From assembly GCA_002633005.1 (NCBI GenBank), contig NMRA01000543.1, forward strand, positions 224,976 through 288,975: 64,000 nucleotides of DNA, read 5' to 3'. Below, in pieces: positions 13,427 through 26,105 of this stretch (within the stretch, counting starts at the first letter, position 1; every line of letters starts with the position of its first letter). Position numbers and translations under genes: made by a program. This DNA comes from Phoronis australis. Lineage: Eukaryota > Animalia > Phoronida. The notes beneath the pieces were generated by a model. It was not told the origin of the DNA and did no database searches. It saw only the letters and a program-made list of their open reading frames with translations.

Positions 13427-14771
13427 GTCTCTCTTTAGAATATTTTGATCCAGTATGCAAGCAGCTTCTGTTGAGCGTAAAATTTCATCTGAAACACATA
13501 AATCTCATGTTATAGCAATACCGTTTCTTATGTTGGCACCCCCAGGTAGGAGGTAATTTCAGCCATGTCAGAATTATCTTTGAAAGGGTTCACTTAAGTG
13601 ATTACAAACCTACATTTCGTCGAAGAAATGAACGTTTGAGTTAGACCACTTATTGCTATAAAATTGGTTTCAAGGAGTTCTTTTTTCAAATGACGATTGA
13701 TTTCTAGGTTTTCAAAGAAATGACAGTTCATTTTTTGTGGAGATCATGATCGGCCCATAAAATGACACGCTGTGACAGGCCAATTGTACAGCCTGGTCAT
13801 ATAGTCCTGAAATCACCTACAGTTTGACTAAGGAAAAACTGAGACCAAATTAAAGACTAAGCTCAGTAAATGGAGACCAGCCTAAATAAAAATTGGCTTT
13901 TGTGATGGGAGGTGTGTTTTGTAGTCGCTTTAATGGGTTATTTTCTCTGATGAAAGGATCCAAATTTTTTAATAGGGCAGTCCAGCCAAAATTTCATTGT
14001 CCAGGTTTTAGGGTGAAAAAGTATCTATGGTCAAATCATAGACTATCTAATAGTATGCAGACCCTAATACCCGGCCAGACAAGTAGACCCGTAGCACGCC
14101 TAGTCACATTATATGCACCCACGCTGTGGGATGAGTATCCTGATTTCACTGATCGGCAAGTCAGGATACAACTGTGTCCTTATCAGTTTGAAAGCAATAG
14201 CAAGAAGAGAAAGTTGGCAAACCACTGTTTTACATAGCCTATCTCCCTCACTGTCTTGGTTCATCGTAACTCAAGTAATTCAGCAATTATACTGTAAACA
14301 GTGCGCCTGATGCTAACCGATATTTAAAAATACCATTTCCAAATGATGGTCAACAAATGTGAGGAGGATGTGTTTTGTATGAAATGCTATCACCAAAAAA
14401 CTTTGAACGGACCGTAAAGGTTGACTTTCAGAGAAATTCGACTTCAACTTTCACTGGTGTTTCCTTTTTGTGACTGCAAGCTCTGATCAGCTTACTACCA
14501 CAGCATTTTTTACCGGCAACGTCAATAGGCTTGTTTGCCAAGTTTAATCGAACGTGGTACTAGATTAGATGGTGATGTTGGAAATTTCTTGGTTTTAAGT
14601 CTATCCAGGGAATGGTACGTAGACTGTATCCTGAGCTAGCTGGTGCTCTGGCAAGGACTTGCGAAGCTTGATGTGTCGTACAGAGTAGGCCTGGAGTTAA
14701 CCTTGGTGCAAAGCTGTATACCAAATATGATGATGATAGTCTTGATAGGCTTCATACATCTAGCTGCATTA

Positions 14772-14868
14772 TAGGCAATGACCATCGCCTCTGTTGGCTC
14801 GAACCAGAGCGCCTATAACCTCTACATCGCCTCTGATTCGGGCCAACAGAGGCGATGGTCATTGCCTA
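14772..14868. mobile_element. Internally deleted copy of the same foldback element
   Basis: Same termini TAGGCAATGACC/GGTCATTGCCTA; flanked by GCTGCATTA left and GCTGCATAA right (GCTGCATTA in the duplicate at 15083). Confidence 0.8.
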
Positions 14869-15270
14869 GCTGCATAATTATATGGCTGGCTAGTCTGCGG
14901 TGCACTGCCACTGCATGGGCAATACAATGAGGTTTTGTAGCCAAGTGGATCACCTGAATTCACTGAGTCCACCAGCCATAAGAATACTGAGGAGATACGA
15001 TCACCGGAACTCCGCCCCCATGTATGACTTTATAACCAGGGACGCGTTGCCNCGGGCCAACAGAGGCGATGGTCATTGCCTAGCTGCATTATAGTCTGTA
15101 TATGGCTGGCTAGTCTGCGGTGCACTGCCACTGCATGGGCAATACAATGAGGTTTTGTAGCCAAGTGGATCACCTGAATTCACTGAGTCCACCAGCCACA
15201 AGAATACTGAGGAGATACGATCACCGGAACTCCGCCCCCATGTATGACTTTATAACCAGGGACGCGTTGC
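14839..15270. repeat. ~215-bp tandem duplication joined by a single N (15052); probable assembly overlap
   Basis: 14839-15050 repeated at 15053-15270 with a few differences. Confidence 0.85.
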
Positions 15271-15307
15271 TAGACTGTAATGGCTACTGATGCCCATGCA
15301 TCCATAC

Positions 15308-15420
15308 CTGTGAGTGGTGACCGCAGGCATTGCCCTGTTGGGTATTATACGAGCAAGCAGGCAACCGCAGAAGTGTCTGAGAGTTGTCACAAATGCTTTA
15401 TACTCAAGTTCGGCGTGTCG
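15308..15420 (-). other. Putative non-coding first exon of the ASB gene (5' boundary approximate)
   Basis: Minus-strand donor CACAG|GTATGG at 15308/15307 and acceptor GTTTCAG| at 13489/13488, 62 nt upstream of the ASB ATG; lies head-to-head with GET1 start. Confidence 0.45.
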
Positions 15421-15523
15421 TTGCCTCTCGACATCTGATAATCAGTGTGTTATGCAACAAATTCTGTCAGCTGTTGTTAGGCGAGTTTTACCGCGTTTAT
15501 CCACAGGTGGAGCTAGTTGCAAT

Positions 15524-18500
15524 ATGGCGTCTTCCATGGCGATTGTTTGGATTGGTCTTTCCGTAGTTTTCCTGAACATTCTGTCTAAATATTTGAATCT
15601 TCTTGCCTTTTTTGTAAGTTTTTGATAAAATCCAGCCTGCTTTCAAGCAGTAGAGATGTTTAAAGTAGTATGTCATGCTTGGCCGCCGTCGTATGGTGCT
15701 TCCTCAATTCAGTTGTTGTGAACGGGACAGCGGGTGTGTTATGAGATAAGTGATGCCTTGAAAACCTTTTTGATGTTATCTCTTAGTTGTGTAACATGAT
15801 GTAGCCATCCCACTATCCTTACGGATATTGTACAGCATAGCCAGTCAGCTAGCTGTATGAAGTATGTGCATGGTCAAAATATTTATTACGCAGCTTTGTA
15901 CCAAGGCTTATATGACAGCAATGCTTTTTAAAAAGTTTTGCACAACTGTGGGTGGGGTACATGGAGTTTGAATTTACATTGGTGATATTTTGGGTGTGTT
16001 TAAATTAATGCATTTCGCCCTGTTTGGCTAAAAGTAAAAACCCAAAGGCCAAAACCAATTTGCCATTACCTTCTTGAAATCTGCAGTCTCCATAGTCCAT
16101 ATCGCCCGGCCCTTACAACACGATGGGACTCCGGCTGTTTTATTTACTTAAATTTTATAAAAACTAGAACATCCCAATCATCATGCAACTGCCAAGAAAA
16201 CATCTTCATGGTTTATTGGGGTTGATCTGTTAATTGTGCTTGAACTTGGAATTCAGCTTAATATCATTAGGCGGCATATACGTGAATTGGGAATACGCGG
16301 CTAGGAAACTTTGCAAATTTGAGTTCACACAAATAATCTCCTTCATGTTAAAAAAATTTGCACTGCACTAAAGCAAATCTCACATAAACATTAAAAAAAT
16401 GCAAATTTTAATGAATGGTTGGAGGGCCAAATCGCTTTTGCTGAATAATTTCTCTAATCCCGATAAGATCCTGATGCCTCGATCACTGGGCTATGCTGTG
16501 AAAAATAAAAGATATGTTATAGCTGTTTGGACGTAAATCAATAGCAATTCTTAATTCCTTGTCAAATGCTGATGATGTTTTTGAATTGATCACTAAAATT
16601 GCCCAACTAGAACCGAAGTTAAGAGAATCTATTCTGTGCAAACAACTTACAGTTTACGTGACACTTAGAAGCATTGTAGAGTAAATGGCTTGCTTGTTGT
16701 CATATCAAACAGAAGACTGCACTCAGCAGTTATTGTTGTACATAATAATAACAGTTTAGTATTCTTATTTATTATTGTGTATTCATGGCCTAAATCCCAG
16801 ATATATATACTAACTGCGGTTTCCAGGCTGAATTTAATATTATAATGTATTTTTGAAAATTTGTAACTGTTAACAAAGGAGCCAGATATTATCAAACATT
16901 CAGTTCACAACCAGCTTAAGTTTTGTAAAGTCATTGAACGGGAGAACGCCTTTATGTTTCTTTCTACTATTGGCGAGTAACCACTTATTTCCTGTATTCT
17001 GTGACACAAGTTCAGGTAAAGGAGGAAGTGGGTGTAGGGCAAATAATAAGAAATTTTTTTATAATGAACGAAAATTTTCGCCTGATTACTTTAGTGATAC
17101 ATATTTAATTCCAAATTTATGCATACATGATCTTGAAGTTAAGCAAAATTCCAAGTTCACGCATAGCAGGCAAGCGATAAAGTTGCAAATGAAAATTGCA
17201 CTTATATACGTTACCTAGCTGTGATTTCAGCTGGTAATGAAAATGGAATCCTATCTATCACACAATAAGGATATAATACCGATTTTATTATGTACTGGAG
17301 TTAGAGACCCAATTCAATTTTTGTGTTTTAGCCAAATAAACAGCTTTAACTGTCTCAAACTTTTTTTTATCTTACTTGGAAGTTGTACATAGAGTTTTGG
17401 GCCATGGCTTTGAAACCACCAACACTATCACTTTTAAATGATATTAAAAGTTGTGACACATAAATCTCGCTACTTTATGCTAAATTGTTCTAGTGAATAT
17501 CATCGTCTAAACTTGCCTTCCATCGCTGTTACCACTTACCAATTTGAAGTTGCCCTCAAAATTCATGTTTTTAGTCAATTAAATTAAGGAATTTCCTGGA
17601 GTTTGAAAGAATTGACGTACCAGCTTAGCTCTACAAGCATGTATTTTTGACACTGTGGCCAATTTATGCGTTGAGGCGTGGTCTCGGGAATAACGAAGTA
17701 CCAGTTCTTCTCATCTGTGTAAGGAACAAGTGAGGAGACCAGTTTAATAGCCATAATTGGTTTCAGTCGTATGTTCGCTTTTTGTATGGAATGCAGTTTT
17801 ACGTTAAAGCCACCAATTCAGTTGTCCCATGGCTATATTTCAGGTTGTCAAAGTTTTCTATGGTCCAACAAAAGATGAAGTTTCGACACGCCTGAACTTC
17901 AACCAATCTAGGGAAGACCTGTCAAAGATAAATATGGTGGATGAATTTGCGAAGTATGCCAGAACAAAGCGGACACTCAACAAACTGCAAGATGATCTCA
18001 AAGCGTTTGGTATGTAAATTTATTAGTCACTTCCAGTAATCCCGCATTTTGAGAACCAGTTTTCTTTCCTGAATAATTGGCATGGAATTGGTTCTCAAAA
18101 TCTGGGACCCCTGTAACTGACTGTTACGTAATACCAGTTCAGTAAGCACAAGCAAAGGAGTAAGTTACCACAGGCACATACTGATCAATACATCGCTAAA
18201 ATGATATATGATCATTTTTGGTCTGTATTTGACTCAAAGATAATATGTATTAGTTCTTCATGTGTCATTGCAATTATAATGTATCACATATTGCGAACAG
18301 AGCACTCTGCCAGAAATGCCCTTTTTGATTTTTTAAAATTTTATAATATATGTTATGGTACTCACAGAACTTTAAAATGATAAAGCATTTTTGATATTAC
18401 TTATTGTTATGAAAGAATGAGAAAATAATTTTCACTTGTCCGTGAATTGGTGTCAGAGATGTTACCGCATCTGTCTTTTTCATTTCCCAATAGGCCAGTA

Positions 18501-21500
18501 GTCAATGGGGTGAGCATCTTTACGGCTCCTGAGTTTGATGATGACCTTGAGATTCGATTGACCTTGAGTTTGGAGACTCGTACTTGCGTTTACCTCATTA
18601 CTTACTTTCTAGTTACTCACACCTTGTTCTGTGTTCAATGTTGGAGTTTGGATGAAGTCTTGCAAACTCTTCCCAGACATCAATAAAACTACTGCATGTT
18701 TTTCAGTGGTAACCAAAAGCTTAGTACGTGGAAGTTAAAACTTGTTAGGTGATTGTTTGGCTCATGTTATGAAGAAAAGTGTACTAGGAGGGACTAATCA
18801 TGGACTTTTTCATGTATAAAAAGTAATCACAGGTGGTCTGGTACACTTTGTACAAGGCTTGGAATTTTTCATTTCTAAGATTCTAAGAGGATTTCCTCTT
18901 TTTGGTTTCGATTTCCTCTTATTTGATTTACAGTTTCCTCTTTTTCATCTCTCTATTATCATTATTTTGACTTTATTCATACAAAACCGTGTATTTCAGT
19001 TAAACTTTACAAACTAAAAACTTTTCTATCACGCATGCCTATTTATTTGTGGAACCCGTACATCACATGAAAAATTTTCCTCTTTTTTTCATTGGTCATT
19101 CCAAGCCCTGTTTGTACCACTGTCAGACGTGTAGTGCACGTTGTAGCAGACGTGCGCAGTCTGCTCAGGTGGGCCCATTGCACTGACACCTGAAACCATT
19201 TTTATTATTTATTAATTTATAGTTAAAACCGAGCTGAGGAGCTAGAGACCTGACTCAAGGGTCTTGCAGTGTTCCTTAGTGGTACTCAAACCCACGACTG
19301 CGAGTTAGGGAAGTGACAGACTTGTTCCACTAGACCACAATGTCCCCTCCTCTTTGACATGTATGTTGATCACGACATTTTATCGTTGGGCACGTTTTGT
19401 CTGTCAGAGTTTGCTACAGTAACTGGTATTTAAAGACATTAATAATCTGAACTTGAAACTTCTTGTTCCAGGGAAAGAGAGAGCTTCCGTACGAATGAAA
19501 GTCAATGTGGCCATTCAGTTTATTTATTACATATTTTATGTAAGTGCTAACAAGTACTGTGCTTTTATAGTGCTTTTTGTATTTTTGCCTTTGATAATTT
19601 TATTGGATTGAATAGGTATTTTCCAATAAAGCACTTTAATAGTGTATAATTATTTAATTAATTAATTTTAATTTTCAAGCAACAAAGCTTTATTGCTAGG
19701 TGACGACAGAGTATTTGGTGGATAAATGTCAAGCACCTACCCAGTTCACCTGTGATTTAGACATACTTAAGGCAGCGGCCTATCACAGCATCTGTTTAAA
19801 TTCTTTGCGATGGTCATGCCATCAAATTACCAAACACCATTCTGTGGTTATTTACTGAACTGATTCACACAAAAAAGGCGTACATCAAAAAATGTCTGTG
19901 AGTAAAAACTAATTACATTTTGTGTATCTGGACTATTCCTTTTTTGTACACCAACATTGGGTTCAGCAAAATTCGCTTTTGTGTTCATTATGTCAGTTGT
20001 TTACTGACCGGTATGTTGCAAATCACTTTTGTTGTTGCCCTTTAAACTACTGCATAATCTGTAAACTTTCCAGGATAAATCTTGTATTTTTATGGTAATA
20101 GTCACTTGCAAGGGTCCCGCAGCTTGAGAACCAGTTTTGTCTATTGAATAAGTGACATAACACTGGTTCTCAAAATGTGGGACCCTGCTCTAAGTGAATG
20201 TTGTGGCATTTTCTTTTACAGATTTTTGGCCGTTGATTTTTAATGTTGTTGTAAAGGATTTCAAGTGCATCATTTTCTCTTATTTAACACACGCACTATG
20301 GAGGACAGGTGAAATTTGTTTTGTCAAATTTCTGTTTGAAAGTAAAACTAAAGAAAGATTTATTATGTTTAGCAAGATTTGTGATATACCGGTATAACAA
20401 TCATAAAACTGCACTTGTTGATTATTTGATTACCGGTAATTGTAATTATGCACTGTAATTGTTAACACATTTAGCTCACATTGTAGAAAAAAATGGAATG
20501 TTGTTGTATAATTTTTTACAAAACTTAAGGACTTTTTATTATTGATAACATAGCCAGTCAAATAACATGCTATCAAATAACACTGTGTTTGAAATTTTAA
20601 AAAATCACAGCTTTGCCTGTTATTTCAATCTCAGTGAAATTATGCGACAAATAGGTCGTGTAATTGAACTGTGTTTCATTGGCATTGGCACTTTCCTTTC
20701 AGTTAAAGAATTACAATATCCACCCTTTGACAAATTACTGTTATTTTTATGCGAATTTGTGCAGGAATCCTGTCTTCCATTGCTTCCTATATTCATGAGT
20801 AACATCAAAAAGAATAAGTCAAAACCATGTACAAGTCACTCTGTCCACTGTCGGCAGTCTGAGTAGCTTCTGAAACATTGTATTACTTCCCTTTTCAGCT
20901 TGCTGTCTTGGTCTACATCATGTGGTCATTTCGTGACGTTGCCTTGATCAAACTTCCTAAAGAGTGGCTATGGCCTTTCATTTGGCCAGTCAGTTTCCCA
21001 TGTGGAGTGGCAGGTAACTATGGTGATTTAGTCTGCACACGTGCCTTCTTAGAAAAGTCATGCGCAGTGGATTGTGGGATATCGTTCAATCTGCAGCTGA
21101 TGAAACACAAAAATTTACGATCAACTCGGTGAAAATGAAGGGTATCCCACAAATGTGTACACATCAGTTTCCATCATTCTATAACACAGTGTTTTGGACC
21201 TATTTCTTCTGGTATCCTTGGTGTTGTGTCGTTAATCTCTCCTATCTTGGGGTGATGCTCAGGCAGCAAAAAGTGGATAATTTATAGTTAAAATTTGTTC
21301 AATGATGGTAACTTCATTGGAAGTGAACGCTGCTTTACACACTTGTGCACACCACATTCCCTCCCTTTCACGCACTTGAGTTGGGACTGAGCGTAAAGAA
21401 GCAAATGGAAATGAGTGCAATACTCATAGTCTACTAAATGAACTTGGCAATCCAACTTGAGCCTCACAATTAGCTAGTCTACAGTCCAAACCACAGTGCT

Positions 21501-21800
21501 AACTATCAATATTGTTATCCTGTGACGTGTGGTTTCTGTAGGTGTAGGTCTTGATTATGTAGTGGCGACTGCAATTTTATGTAAACGTGCTGCCTCTTCT
21601 CTGTCAGATTAAACAGAATGTGAAAACGACATCCCATGTCTAACTGGTCATTATGAAAATATACAGTAATCATGAATAGTTTTTACCTGTCGCTGTTCAT
21701 GTAATTGAATGTTTTGGTTACAGGTGGTGTTGGCGTGGCATTCTGGCTGTTTGTTTCAAATCAAGTGTCCAGGAATATCACCTCATCATTTTTTGCCTGA
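15524..21800 (+). CDS. GET1: Guided entry of tail-anchored proteins factor 1 (WRB/CHD5); join(15524-15613,17844-18009,19472-19539,20899-21013,21724-21800), 171 aa
   Basis: N-terminal TM segment, coiled coil INMVDEFAKYARTKRTLNKLQDDLK (WRB: VNMMDEFARYARLERKINK), Trp-rich LPKEWLWPFIWPVSFPCGVAGGVGVAFWLFV; all splice sites canonical and in phase. Confidence 0.94.
18853..19110 (-). mobile_element. ~258-bp non-autonomous DNA transposon with CAGGGCTTGGAAT termini and 6-bp TSD (TTTGTA)
   Basis: CAAGGCTTGGAAT...ATTCCAAGCCCTG, TTTGTA at 18847-18852 and 19111-19116; homologous along its length to 56121-56377. Confidence 0.8.
19199..19347 (-). mobile_element. tRNA-derived SINE (degenerate)
   Basis: Minus strand GGGGACATTG-TGGTCTAGTGG (A box)...GGTTTGAGTACC (B box-like)...CCCTTGAG core-like segment and an A-rich tail AATAAATAATAAAAAA. 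Confidence 0.55.
20108..20188. repeat. Short hairpin repeat family copy
   Basis: AGGGTCCCGCAGCTTGAGAACCAGT...ACTGGTTCTCAAAATGTGGGACCCT. Confidence 0.65.
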
Positions 21801-22544
21801 TACGTCATCAGAGATCCTTTATTCAAAATGGTGCTTCAAAGCAAAGCAGTTGTGCTAAAGTAGGCCTTGTCTCATATTGTTTTATTAGAGACTGTGCGCG
21901 CTTTCAGAGGACCAGAAATCTTCAGCTTCAAACTAGAAATAAAACAAGTGTCACGGTGACAAGATTTCACTTGCCAGATGTAGATCCTATGTGCTCACAT
22001 TTCTGATGTCACTGAAGCTATAAGGCTAAAATGTAGTCGTTCACTTAAAGCCTGTATTCAATGGTAATTCTTACATTTAGTTCCTACAATATGTTGAAAG
22101 CATCATTTTGACCACACTGAAGTGTCATTAATTGACAAACCTAATTAAGAGGCTTATTACCTAATCTCGACTATGTCATTTCGAGACATATGTTAACGAG
22201 GCATGTATATTTTTGTGTGGAAATGAGTTGTCTTTTGACTGATTTTGAACTCGGACAGTTTTGCACCACTTGAGAGAGTAGTGTAGTGCATTTGCCTATT
22301 GCCAACATAATGTAACTTTTAGTGGGTTACCGGGTTTAGTCAGGAAAACATAGGTCTGCGTTTATTACCACTGATTAACGAAATTTGGTGTTTTTGTGTT
22401 GTTAGTTTACTTCAGGTTTGTTTATGGAACTCTTTGTTTTTGACCCTTCATATATTACCGGTACATCATCCAAACTTTGTCACTTTTTAACCGGTCCATG
22501 GTTATTATCACATTTCATGACTGCCTAACCCCCACTCCTATCAG

Positions 22545-22736
22545 TACACCCGATTCACGCAGTCGCCATTTTATTAGTGAGCCTCTTTTTAGGTTAAAAA
22601 ACATGCATTTGGGACTTAATTAAACGAGGCTCACGAAAAAATCACGCATTTCAGTGTGATTAAGCGCGGAATGCATTGTTTTTAAAACCTAAAAAGAGGC
22701 TCACTTTTATAATGACGACTGCGTGAATAAGGTGTA
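22545..22736. mobile_element. Palindromic MITE with TA flanks (Tc1/mariner-like) in the GET1 3' region
   Basis: TACACCCGATTCACGCAGTCGCCATT...AGTGAGCCTCTTTTTAGGTT mirrored by AACCTAAAAAGAGGCTCACT...AATGACGACTGCGTGAATAAGGTGTA. Confidence 0.75.
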
Positions 22737-25700
22737 TACACTCACTCACTAAGTATGTCGTCACAGGTGCACCGTTTTCTCCCCATAATTGGTCCTAAAT
22801 TCATTACTCCCACATACCTGTTCAATTTTCTGTTTTGGTGTTAGAAACAACACACAATGGTGACAACTTTGTCGCAAACGGGTAAATTAATGTACTCTGA
22901 AATGGCCAGGCAGTTGCAGAATTGGGCGTAATTATATTCTAGGTCAAAGAATCCTTACTACACATTGTTTTTTTAACACACATTTTATACTCTGTTCTCA
23001 TTATTTGTGTGTTTCAACTTTACGTGTCCGTCAGCAACTCTCATCTTTTCCAAACCCTTCTTCCTTCAGTGGTGATGGAATGGTTGCTTAAGTGTAGAGT
23101 GACAAGATCAAGGTAAAAATTACCAACTGCAAACTACCATAAATCAAGTTGTCAAACTAGACACTTAATCAATTAAGGAAAATTGCTTTAATGGGTCACA
23201 TTAGGAATGTCGGTTGCTACATTAAAAACCTGTTTATCACTCTTCAGGGAAAGTGCTGTCTGTGGCTTTTAGTAAAAATTCCAAGCATCGTGGAAAGTGC
23301 CTGGTAAGATGTTAATTGGTTAATTGATAAAACCTGTCTCACGAAATATAGTTTCCTGTGTAATCCATTCTCGTGATACAATTACAACAGTATCCATGTT
23401 TTGCGTGCTTGCATTATATGTGGCAGTAGTTATCTCGCTTTTTCAATCGAGATGGCTGGTTTGAATAAAAGCAATCTTTTGTATTTTTACATAGCATTTG
23501 AAGTAAGAGCATTGTGAATGTTTTCTTCCGGATGAGTGTCGATTTCTTACAGTTGTTGCAGTGGCAACTTGCTTCCTTCGACTGCATATAAATTATGTTA
23601 TTCGCATAGAAGTGTGTAATAGCTGTCATTCCTGACATTACAGTCTGAAGCCATTATTGCAAATTAGTTTATGGAGTACACTTCAGATAGTCCTTCGTAG
23701 CATAAAACCGTTGGATTTGGCATTGCTTTTTATGTGTACCAAGTGATTTGCCAGTTTAGTCATGAATTTCTCAGTTGATTCGCCCCCTCTATTCTGTCTG
23801 TTCAATTAAATTGTCGCTCTTACTTCAGACCATGTGAACTTACTTCCATGCATAAATCGTCACACTGTCTGGTTTCTGGTCAACGTATTCAGGCAGAATT
23901 TTTTTTTTGTAGGCGATGTGTCTTTATTGATTCTTTTATATGGGATTCGAAGAGTTTGTTCAGTTCTCACAAATTGCCTCGCAGTACATTGGCGAGTTAA
24001 TAATTAAGTAAGCTTTCTGTAAGGACAAATGAAATATGTGACGTATTTTTGTTGTATGAAAATAAAAAAACAACTTTACATTTATTGAGTGTTTGTGTTA
24101 ACTCACGTCAGCAGCTGGCATCTTGCTTACTTGTTAATCAGACAATTTTGTTTTGTAAGTTAAAAGGTTTTGGATAAAGCGATATCACAAATTCAGGCCA
24201 TGCAGGATCCGGATTTGATATTCAGAAAACCGTGTTCATAGTTTGTAGCCTTTTAAAATTACAGCCAATTCACATGTGAAATATTTCTAAGTATTGATCT
24301 TGTGCGTTCAAGGGTTGTGTGTTCAAAATGAACGCAACAACTGCAGCATGTATTACATAGTATGTTGCTGTAATAATTCCAACCTACGACACAATGGTGA
24401 TTAGATTAGACGGAGTTGTTGAAATTGCCATTTTTACATGCAACTTCATCAAGAAAGTGAAATTAATTCATCTCTATACATTCAGTTGGGGAATGTGGCT
24501 AATGCAATCTTGTGGAGTACGTCTGGATTTAGTATAATTGATAAATCAGCGAAAGGATAACTTCAAGTTGTCATTTTCATCTGCCGTGATAGTACGGGAG
24601 TATTTCAGGTGCACTGCACATGGTGCAGTCTTAGGCTCTAGATAATTAAGAGTCAAACATCACCATTTCAATTCAATGATGTGTTCGTCATCTTGGCCCC
24701 TGTGATTTTACTAACTCTAAAATCAATCGATCTATCAATCCAGATCTTCAAAATTTTCAATCGACACATGATCACTATGTGTGATGTGTCGAGAGTAAAT
24801 CATTTTTCAAATTCATTTATACCTTGTAGAAGGCTGGCTGTTCCGCAAAGTTGGTAATAAAAACTATTTACAAGAAAAGATTGATAATCGTTATTTATTA
24901 CTATCTGCGAATGAATAAATGTCCATGGTTTTGTTGTTATATACTATTGTGCTGTTTGTCTAATTTGTATGTTAATAAAAATGAAAAGATCATGTTAAAA
25001 TTCTATTGTGTAAATTAAAACAATTCACAATGTTCAGCACCAGCATACATGTAAAATGTCTTGATATATTATAAGGTCATTCATGAACACAGGCATAGTT
25101 CAGTAACAGTTCATGACACACTCTTTTAACTGTGACGATTCGGTGTCTTTTAGCCGAGTAACTAAAGCGTGGATTTCTATGCACATGCCAGTCAAGTCAC
25201 TCGTAACAAAACAAAAAGTATTAAGCACATAACTTGTCACAAACAAACAAATTAACGTAACTATCTTAAATTCACGATAATGCAGGTCATGACGCTGTAA
25301 ACTTAACTCTTACTTATTACGGGTTATTTCACCGTCATAATTTGGACTGCAATATCAAAAGCAAAACTTAACGAATGCACACTCTCTGTTTATATAGTAA
25401 ACTAATTCACTTTGGCACAGCTGAGAGTATATCTTTAAAACAATGTGATGTGGGTTGAAAATGCCTTTAACTTATTGTTAAATGTGAGGAGAGTGATTAG
25501 AATAGAGTCCAAATCAAAACTGCTTTAAGCAGTGAACTGCATTTGAAAATCAAGTCAATGGAGTGGCATTAATAGTTCCTAACTATTTCAAGAAATATAA
25601 TCTACCCGCCGAAACGCTTGGCAAATCATGATAATTCACACCTTGCATACCCTGATTTACGCGCCTTTGCGCAGCACTTTTTTAGTCAGTGAGAGCTGGT

Positions 25701-26105
25701 CTCAAAATGAGTGCGGGTAAAGAACAGAACCAACTCTGCAGTAAATGAATACAACTATTCTCCATGAATACGCACTATATTGTACAATTTGACGATTATG
25801 AGCTATTGTGAGCTGAGACTTTTATGAAATGAATCTATCTTGAAGTCTCTTCCACAATGGCGATGACTATGAATATGCCAATGGAACAGATGAAACAAAT
25901 GAATAAGTACAGATCAATGTCTGCAGTAAATGAGGACAGCGATCGTGCAACACTTCTATTCAAACCTAATACTGATGGACGTCTCACCTCCAGCTATTCA
26001 TTAAACCATGTAACAACTGGTAATGTAAACGCAAAAACAACAGAAGGTTAGTTGAACTAGAACTTAGTGTCATGTCTGAACTTGAACAAGTGGTCACTCA
26101 GGTGT

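Noticed and set aside
14839-15270. Tandem duplication near the ASB/GET1 promoter
   Set aside because: Same single-N junction signature; probably an assembly artefact.
19260-19347. tRNA gene
   Set aside because: A/B boxes present but degenerate, no convincing cloverleaf, followed by SINE-like body and A-rich tail.
25857-26051. Met-rich 64-aa ORF
   Set aside because: Antisense to the lebercilin 3'UTR, no splice or homology support.
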